From contig CM119263.1 of assembly GCA_051294375.1 (NCBI GenBank), positions 23,028,833 through 23,092,832 on the forward strand: 64,000 nt of DNA, in the 5' to 3' direction. Origin of the DNA: Paraspadella gotoi. Its lineage: Eukaryota; Animalia; Chaetognatha. The notes beneath the pieces are model-generated. The model saw only the letters and a program-made list of their open reading frames with translations, searched no databases and was not told the DNA's origin. Of the stretch, positions 1 through 64,000 are shown piece by piece. Within the stretch, counting starts at the first letter, position 1. Each line of letters begins with the position of its first letter. Position numbers and translations under genes: made by a program.

Positions 1-897
1 ATAAGATTAGATGATCGCCCGATCCTCGGATGCGTTTTCGATTCTAGTGAGATTGATCTCCAGCGATGATGTCGACGATAGAATGGATACCAAATTGTTC
101 GCCGGCGCTCCTTCAGACGCACCATCAGTTTCTCGAATACCCGACGATAAATTCAGATATAATTTTGTATCGAAACAAAGGTAGGAAAACCGCCTTCGCG
201 AATTTCCTTGAAATTCGAAGCAAGAAAAACATATTTTTAAAAATAAAATTAGTCCGATTTTTGAAAAAAATATCTCCCAATTTTTTTTCTTATATTTCCT
301 TCCATTTTTCTTTTTATCACAGAACTTTATCAATTTTTTTCAAATTAACTTGTTTTTTCTCTAATTTGTTAGAACATTGTGCATTGTTTGGTAAAAGCAT
401 AAATAATAAGCAATCACGAATATTGCACATTTAAGTTTTTGTTTATCCTTGAAAATATATATTTAAAATATAACAGGAAATAAAATTATCAAAACTTATA
501 AGTTATAACGATGACGATGACGCTCCCTACCGCTATAAAAAGTTTTGAATTTCTCTCTCGGTTCTGGAAGCTCTAAGCAACAACAACATTTTAAAAATTC
601 GGAAAATGAAAAACATCTTTTCAGAGATTATCATTATTCACCATTTTCCTCATTATTCATCATTTTCCTCATTATCGAGGAACTCAAACAAGTAATTTTT
701 TACTTAAAAATTTTAAAATCAATAATTATTAGATATATGTTTTTTTGAAAACCATTTTGAAACGTTTTATATTGTAAGAGCTAATGATCCAAAAATCAAG
801 ATTGCCATTGTGGCATCGGCATCAAACCGCTCCTTGCCCAAACCCCTTCCCTCAACGCGTCCCATTACCCGGCTTACTCTGAGAGCTCCGAGCTCAC

Positions 898-57148
<56,251 letters not shown>

Positions 57149-57415
57149 CTTGGAATGTTTATTTACGAAATCTTATGTGTTTTTATTCGATCTTTCTTTT
57201 TATTCACAGTTTTTTCATTATTTTCTTTTAGAATTCACGAAGGTCGCTTAGCAATAAGATTGTTTGGTTTTCTTCTCTTTCTCTTTTTAGTTTATTGTTT
57301 AGTTGGAATTGAAGAACGAACTATCGAAAAGTAGCGTTAAATGAAAATATAATATTTAGTGCGATTACATTACCTTTTTAAAATGAAAGAGAGGAAGATA
57401 GAGAGAGAGAGAGAG

Positions 57416-57481
<66 letters not shown>

Positions 57482-58852
57482 AGCAGGCTTCCTCGCCGAT
57501 CTGTCGGTAAGATACAAGTGTCATAAATATTTGTTCACTTTTTTCTTCTTCTTTTTTTAAACGTCTTTTTTTTTTCATCGCCGAACTTTGGTCCATCATA
57601 TTTAACGTTGGTGTGAAAATCTTTTTCTAATTTTTTAAAGGAACGAAAAAAAAGTTTTTTTTTAAACTTCAGAGCTAAAAAAAATGAAAAATATTCTTTT
57701 CGTAGGACGTAAAAAATTGTCTTAATAAAATTTAACCCATTTAATAGGAACAAAAACAAGTTTTATTTTGGTTTATTTTGAATGCAACCATTTTCTATTT
57801 CTGAAATAAAACCCCGATTAAGTTGACTTCCCAAAGTGATTAAAGAAACCTTGTGAATGATAAGAAAAAAAGGGAAGGAGCGAGTGAACGATGAGTGAAC
57901 GGACGAGTTCGAATGGAGCCCCGATTCACGAGATAAGAAAGAAAGGTTCGGAGCGCTGAGTCGAAAGGGGAATCAGTTCACAACGCGGCACCCTCTTTCC
58001 ATTTCCTCGCAATCCCTGAGGTTCTGATGACGCACAGTGGTTGTGATAACGAATAATAAGTGTAACCTAGAAATATAGATTTATGTAGTTATAAACAATA
58101 AAAATGATAGAAGTTTCACTAATTTGTAAGAAATTTTTTTTTTTTAAGTTAAAAGTCGTAAAACAATTAGTTTTTTTTTTTTAAATAGCGAAATGTTTGT
58201 CGATCCTAAATTTCTAAGAACGAACAAGAATTGAAGGAAGAAATTTAACATCGCCTCTGATGTCGCTGCCGCCGCCGCAGGGGGCGCGCGTGAAAACAGT
58301 TGCGTCAAAAAAAGGGGGGGCGGGGTTGAAAATGAATCCACGAAAAAGAAGAAATGACGAAGATCGTTCATCTTCTTATTTTTCTTTCGTCGCCTTTTTA
58401 TAAAACGGAATGTATTGTTTTGACTTTTGACACTTGACGAAGATTCGAGACAGGGATACAGAGTCGTCGTCGTCGTCGTCATCGTTCGCCGGTCGTCGTC
58501 GTTCGTCTGCTTAGACGTCGTCTTTACTCCCAAAGATAGCTCTCACTCGTAGCAGCGAAATCATGCTCCGTTTTAATTCGCAAATATTTGGTGGCAAAAA
58601 CACGATGGATCGACGACAACGATGGAGATGACAACGAAGTACAAGTTGATGGTAAATCATTGCGGAAGGAAATGAAAGGAAATTCTCTAAGCTGAATTGC
58701 TGGACCGATTGCAGAGTCACGGCGCGGAAGAATGAGGAATGAGAAAGACGATAACGACGACCAATATGGCGACGACGACGACGACAACAAAAATCTTTGC
58801 CGACGTTATCAACCGGAACAGAATCGGGAGCAACGACGACGAAGAAGAAGAA

Positions 58853-58896
<44 letters not shown>

Positions 58897-60737
58897 AGGC
58901 AACGAAAATCTAAAAACAAAAACACTTTGTGGCTACCGGGTATTTCGCTTTAAGAACGATAACAAAATCGCGACGACGTTTAAAAATGTGACGACGACGA
59001 CGACGACCAGTATTCGGTGACAAAAACAATTGAAAAAAGTAAACAGCATAGGGAAAAGAGAAAATTGGCTGAAGAAAAACAACAAAATTTGAAAATTATT
59101 TGCATTTCTAAAATTTACAAAAGAAGTAAAAGTATATTTATTTTTTCTCTGAAAATTCAGATACCCAGTAAGAAAGATGAATCAAAAGTATCAAAAGTAT
59201 CAAAAGTAGATCTGTATGTATTTATTACTGGATATAGGATTTTGATACTTTTTGTTTAACTTGTTTATTATTTATTTGCCCTTTAACACACTCTTAAAAA
59301 TTAATAAAAAATAATAAAGGAGAAGGTCAACGCCGTTTTACGATCTCCACTTTCAATCCTTGTTTGTTTTGGTCAAACGATTGAGAAGCCAAAGAAACCG
59401 TAAACTCGAACATTATTTGTTGTTGCCAAAGCAAAGGCAGCATTTAGTTTTGTTGAAAAATTGTAAAAGAAGTCCCTAATTTCGTTAAGTATAAGGCATA
59501 AAAGTGAGCAATTAAATTTAAAAAAATAACTATAGGGAGCCAATAGGAGACCAACAGGAGGCCGAAAAGGAGGCCAACTGGCGGCCAACAGGTGGCAAAC
59601 AGAAAGCCAACACGCGGCGTGCTTTTTATTCCTGAAATTGTTTACTTTTCTTTCGACGAAAAATCGCGCCAAGGAAACTCTAAGGCACGCAGCGTCAAAC
59701 GCGTATTCGGGGTCGCCAAGATGACGATGACGACAATGACGCCGATGAGACGACGACGACGACGACGACGATCGCGACTCTATTGTACCGCTTTAAAGTC
59801 TACAAGAAAGATGGTCAATACCTCAGCTATCCGCGATTCTAGCCGGTCAGCTTTTCCAAACGAGTTTAGCGTTCGCGCCTGTCTGAGACACTCAAAAGTG
59901 GTTAAAACCAACTTAAGTCTCGGTCATTAGAATCGAGTGTTGAAGTCCTCGTTTAATTCAGAGAATTAAAGACGGAAAAAGATTTCAACAATTAAAATTT
60001 AAAAAAAACAAGAATAATAAACAAAATGAAAAAAAGTCTCCGACAAAAACCTTTTCAATCTCCAAAGTCTGGAACGAATCAATCGCGATTAAAGGAAAAA
60101 AAATAAACAAAAGATTTCGTTGAAATGAAATCCGGGTCGACCTCTGACGGAGACCAAGCTCCGATCACTTAAAATAAAATCAAAAAAATTTCGATTCAAA
60201 GCCGATTAGTCAAGTGTCACGAGTTTGGCGGGTGAATATCGTGAGATTTTGGTGATGACAAGCACATATTTGCGAGTGATCTGGTTGAGGGTCAATCCCG
60301 CCCTCCGCGGGGTCAAAACTGAGACGTAATTGTAATAGTAATAGTTATGGTCTTCGACCCAATGGGTCACAACCAGTTCTACAGTCTTACAAATTATTTG
60401 CAAAAAAAAAAAAAAAAAAAACCACTAATGTGACATCTAACATCTAACATCTTAGATTCTAAGATGACAAGGCCTGGAAGAAAACGTTTCGGTGGCTTTT
60501 CCGTGCGCGGCAGACGGAACGAAAGAAAAACGAAGAAACGAAAAAAACAAAAGTCCATTTGTGAAGAAAAACAAAGAAGCAGTGAAGGAAAACTGATGGG
60601 ATTATTCCTTCCAGACAAAATACAAGTTGGAATTGACAGTTTGAGAGGCAAAAAAGTTGAAAGCGACGAAGACGACGATAAAAACGACGGAAAAAAAAAT
60701 CTAAGCAGAACAAGGAAAACAATCTCGATGACGACGT

Positions 60738-60817
60738 GAAGACGAAGAAGACGAAGAAGACGAAGAAGACGAAGAAGACGAAGAAGACGAAGAAGACGAA
60801 GAAGACGAAGAAGACGA
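60738..60817. repeat. (GAAGACGAA)n 9-bp tandem repeat
   Basis: Direct reading. Confidence 0.9.
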
Positions 60818-60863
60818 CAACGAAGACAGAATGGCGAAAAACAGCAACATCGACGACATCGAA

Positions 60864-61640
60864 GATGTGATTAGGGTAACGACCGCGACAGAATGACGAT
60901 AACGACGACGACGACGATGTGATAAGGACAACGACCGTGACAGAATGACGATAACGACGACACNNNNNNNNNNNNNNNNNNNNNNNNNTTGTTGAGCGCC
61001 ATTCTGTCGGTCGTTGTCCTTATCACATCATCCTCGTCGTCATTATCGTCATTCTGTCACCGGTTGTTGTCCTTATCACATCGTCGTCGTCGTTGTCATC
61101 TTCATTCTGTCTGGCGGTCGTTGTCCTTATCACATCATCTTCGTCGTCGTTATCGTCATTCTGACGCGTCGTTTCCTTATCACATCGTCGTGTCATTATT
61201 TCATTCTGTCACGGTTGTTGTCCTTATCACATCGTTCGTCGTCGTCATTCATCTTCATTCTGTTGCGGTTGTGTCCTTATCACATCGTCGTCGTTGTTGT
61301 CATCTTCATTCTGTCTGGTGTCGTTGTCCTTATTCAACATCGTCGTGTCGTCGTTATCTATGTCATTTCGTCACGGTTGTTGTCCTTATTCACAATCGTT
61401 CGCGTTGTCATCATATCTTCATTCTGTTGCGCGTTGTGTGCTCCCTTATCACAAGACTCGTTACGTCGCCTGCGCGACGACGATGTGATAAGGACAACAA
61501 CCGCAACAGAATGAAGATGATGACGACGACGACGATGTGATAAGGACAACAACCGTGACAGAATGACAATAACGACGACACGACGATGTGATAAGGACAA
61601 CGACCGTGACAGAATGAAGATGACGACAACGACGACGACT
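60864..61640. repeat. ~50-bp minisatellite (GATGTGATAAGGACAACGACCGTGACAGAATGAAGATGACGACGAC..) in forward/reverse/forward blocks
   Basis: Forward 60864-60963, 25-N gap, reverse-complement ~60999-61452, forward ~61474-61640. Confidence 0.9.
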
Positions 61641-63869
61641 GAACGGCCGAAAACAGTGGGAGACGAAAACGAGTCAAACCTCACGAAGCTGCTTGACTTT
61701 TTGACTGCATCGGCTAAACCGTCGCGGCGTGATCGGAAAGGTTCCTTGTTCCAGGCTAATCGTTTGGGTGTAGAAATTAAAGTAGCGATGGATTGAAGTG
61801 AGGGTCAATCAAAATCGGCAGACGAAGTGGCAACTATGTATTGAGGAAAGAAGAAAGGGAGAAAAGGAGAGGAAATCACGGCTCCAATTTTTTTCGGCGG
61901 AATCACGCGACGTGCTTCGCCTTTGGATGCTTTTCTTTCCTTTTTTTTTTCCTTTTGGATTTTGCGAAAGATGGGTTGAGGGATTTCATGAGATTTCATA
62001 GCATTTTATGACAGATATAGTTGTTTTATTGACTTATTATATTGGTTGCAGTGGAAATTAAAATTTTAAAAAATTATATCGGCATTGATCAAAATATAAA
62101 TGTGCTGCTTTTGCTTTTATGCTATTCAGAAGTTCAATTATGTTTAGCTGGGAACATCTTTTTAAATGTCAACCACTAAAAAATCAATACGAAATTCTAC
62201 GGTAGTATTGGGATTCCGCTAAAAAAAATTATTTGTTTTACGGTAAAACATGATTTTAATGGCAAAACATGCATGTTTTTGGTTTTAAACTTTTCAACGA
62301 TTTTTGTAAAGAAACAGAATCTTGGCGTCGGAAAAAAAAGAGGAGGAAAAACCAGAAAAGAGTTTTTTTCCCTTAAATTTTTTTGGTTTGAGATTTTTTT
62401 TCTTTTTTATTTAAAAATTTCTTCTCGTTTTTGAAAGAAGCGATTGTTTATGACTTCTCACCGAAACCGAAACTGGGATCGAGTGACAACGGCGGCCATC
62501 GAAAAAAAAAAACCCTCTTTTCCCAGTCGCCCCCTCCCGCCCGATTTTTTTTTCACTCTCTTTTCATCTTTCTCTCGCTCTCTTCGTCTTTCTGAGCTCT
62601 TTCCATATTAATCTTTTGCTATTTCCATTTTTCAACCTTATTTTTTCGCGAGGGGTTAATAAATAATTAATAATTATTTCTCTCTTGTGTTTCACATCTC
62701 TCCTTTTTCTCGCCCTTTCTTTTCTCGCTTTTCATCATCTTTATATTTTTTTTTGTCACTACTACCGATTTTTTTTTCTCTTTTACCCTTAATTTCATCT
62801 TTCTCTCACTTTTTCTATTCTTTCCATCTTCTTTCTATAGTTTTCACTCTTTTTTTTTCCACGCTAATCTTTCTCAATTCCCTCACAATTCACTCTCTTC
62901 ATCTTTTCCGCGCGTTTTCTTCAGCTTCAATCGCCAATACTTCATTTTCCACTTCGCTTATGCTTACTCAACCCTTCATCCACTTTTAACTCATCAATTT
63001 CCGCTCAAGTATTTTCTTTCCATTTCACACTTTTCGATGTTCACTTCATTTCACTTCACCTTCTTTCACTCTTTTAAACTCTTTCGATCGAAAACGTCAG
63101 GAGCTGAAAAAAAAGGGTCCCAGTAGAGCCTCTTTTTTTTAAGGATTTCTAAAAAAAAATCGAAACCCCAGAGAATTCACCGTTGAAGCTAAAAAGTGGC
63201 ACTGGATCTCGTTTGCCGCTCCAGAAAAGTAGTTATATCTATCAGAGATGGGAAAATTTTGGTGTAAAAAAAAAAGAAACAAAAAAATATTGAGTAAGAA
63301 AAAAAGAAAAATTTGTTGAAAAGCCGAACCAGATTCTTTCTTAGAGTCTGGTGATACCTGAGAAACGAGAATAGAAAAATAGCACCTGCTGTCGATTCTC
63401 AACTCACTTTTTTATTTTTAAATATTTAAATTTAGAGTTCGAGGTCAAAAACTAATAATACTAGCTAGCAGCTAAAACGAAAACAAGTTTTCTATTTTGT
63501 TGATACATTTAATTTTTTCATTGATAATAAACAGTTTTTTTAGAATATATCAAAATCATTATAGATAAAATTTTGAGTAGAGCTAGAAATCGTCTTAATT
63601 GACTAAGCAACTCCGCCCAAGACTTTTAACTGTTTCACTGCGCGCGTGGATTTACATGCATCGATTTAATTATATATCGTTTTTTTTTCCTTTTCGCCAA
63701 ATTCAGGACTCGATATTCCCTTCTAATTTTGTGGATCTTCTCATCCTTTTTCATAAATTTCTTTTCTTTTGATTATTATTCTCATCCAGTTATTTTTTTC
63801 TTTTTTCCTCAAATATTATCTTGTATTACATTTATTTAAATTTGATTTCTTTCTCTTAATGCCATTTCA

Positions 63870-64000
63870 TTTCCTTTCCTTTCCTTTCTTTTCCTTTCCT
63901 TTCCTTTCCTTTCCTTTCCTTTCCTTTCCTTTCCTTTCCTTTCCTTTCCTTTCCTTTCCTTTCCTTTCCTTTCCTTTCCCTTCCTTTCCCTTCCTTTCTT
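63870..64000. repeat. (TTTCC)n microsatellite
   Basis: Direct reading. Confidence 0.95.

Noticed and set aside
58024-58052. Hammerhead ribozyme core (CTGATGA...)
   Set aside because: No proper stem II closed by GAAA and no stem I/III pairing found

Overview
Eukaryotic (animal-like) draft-genome scaffold, AT-rich and dense in microsatellites, with 8 N-gaps. I can reconstruct three protein-coding genes by eye. (1) A minus-strand PET+LIM (LIMPETin/Limpet-type) gene runs from an ATG at 57148 past the left edge of the window, with a ~47 kb intron (3248-50196) that splits its second LIM domain. (2) A complete 11-exon SLC7 (b(0,+)AT/LAT-like) amino-acid transporter gene lies on the + strand inside that intron (4895-10316). 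(3) An intronless 605-aa class A peptide-type GPCR lies on the - strand inside the same intron (14002-15819). A ~10.8 kb block (~9540-20306) is repeated in inverted orientation at 20873-31790 with many small indels. It sits beside exact 25-N gaps, so it is most likely a long-read gap-fill product, although its junctions fit an inversion allele. Also present are a Helentron/DINE-like element carrying an 18-bp tandem array, a tRNA-derived SINE-like element, a ~50-bp minisatellite that flips orientation, and an unassigned ~265-nt highly base-paired intronic element with a possible kissing-loop interaction. I see no prokaryotic systems and no CRISPR. All homology calls come from motif recognition, not database searches.
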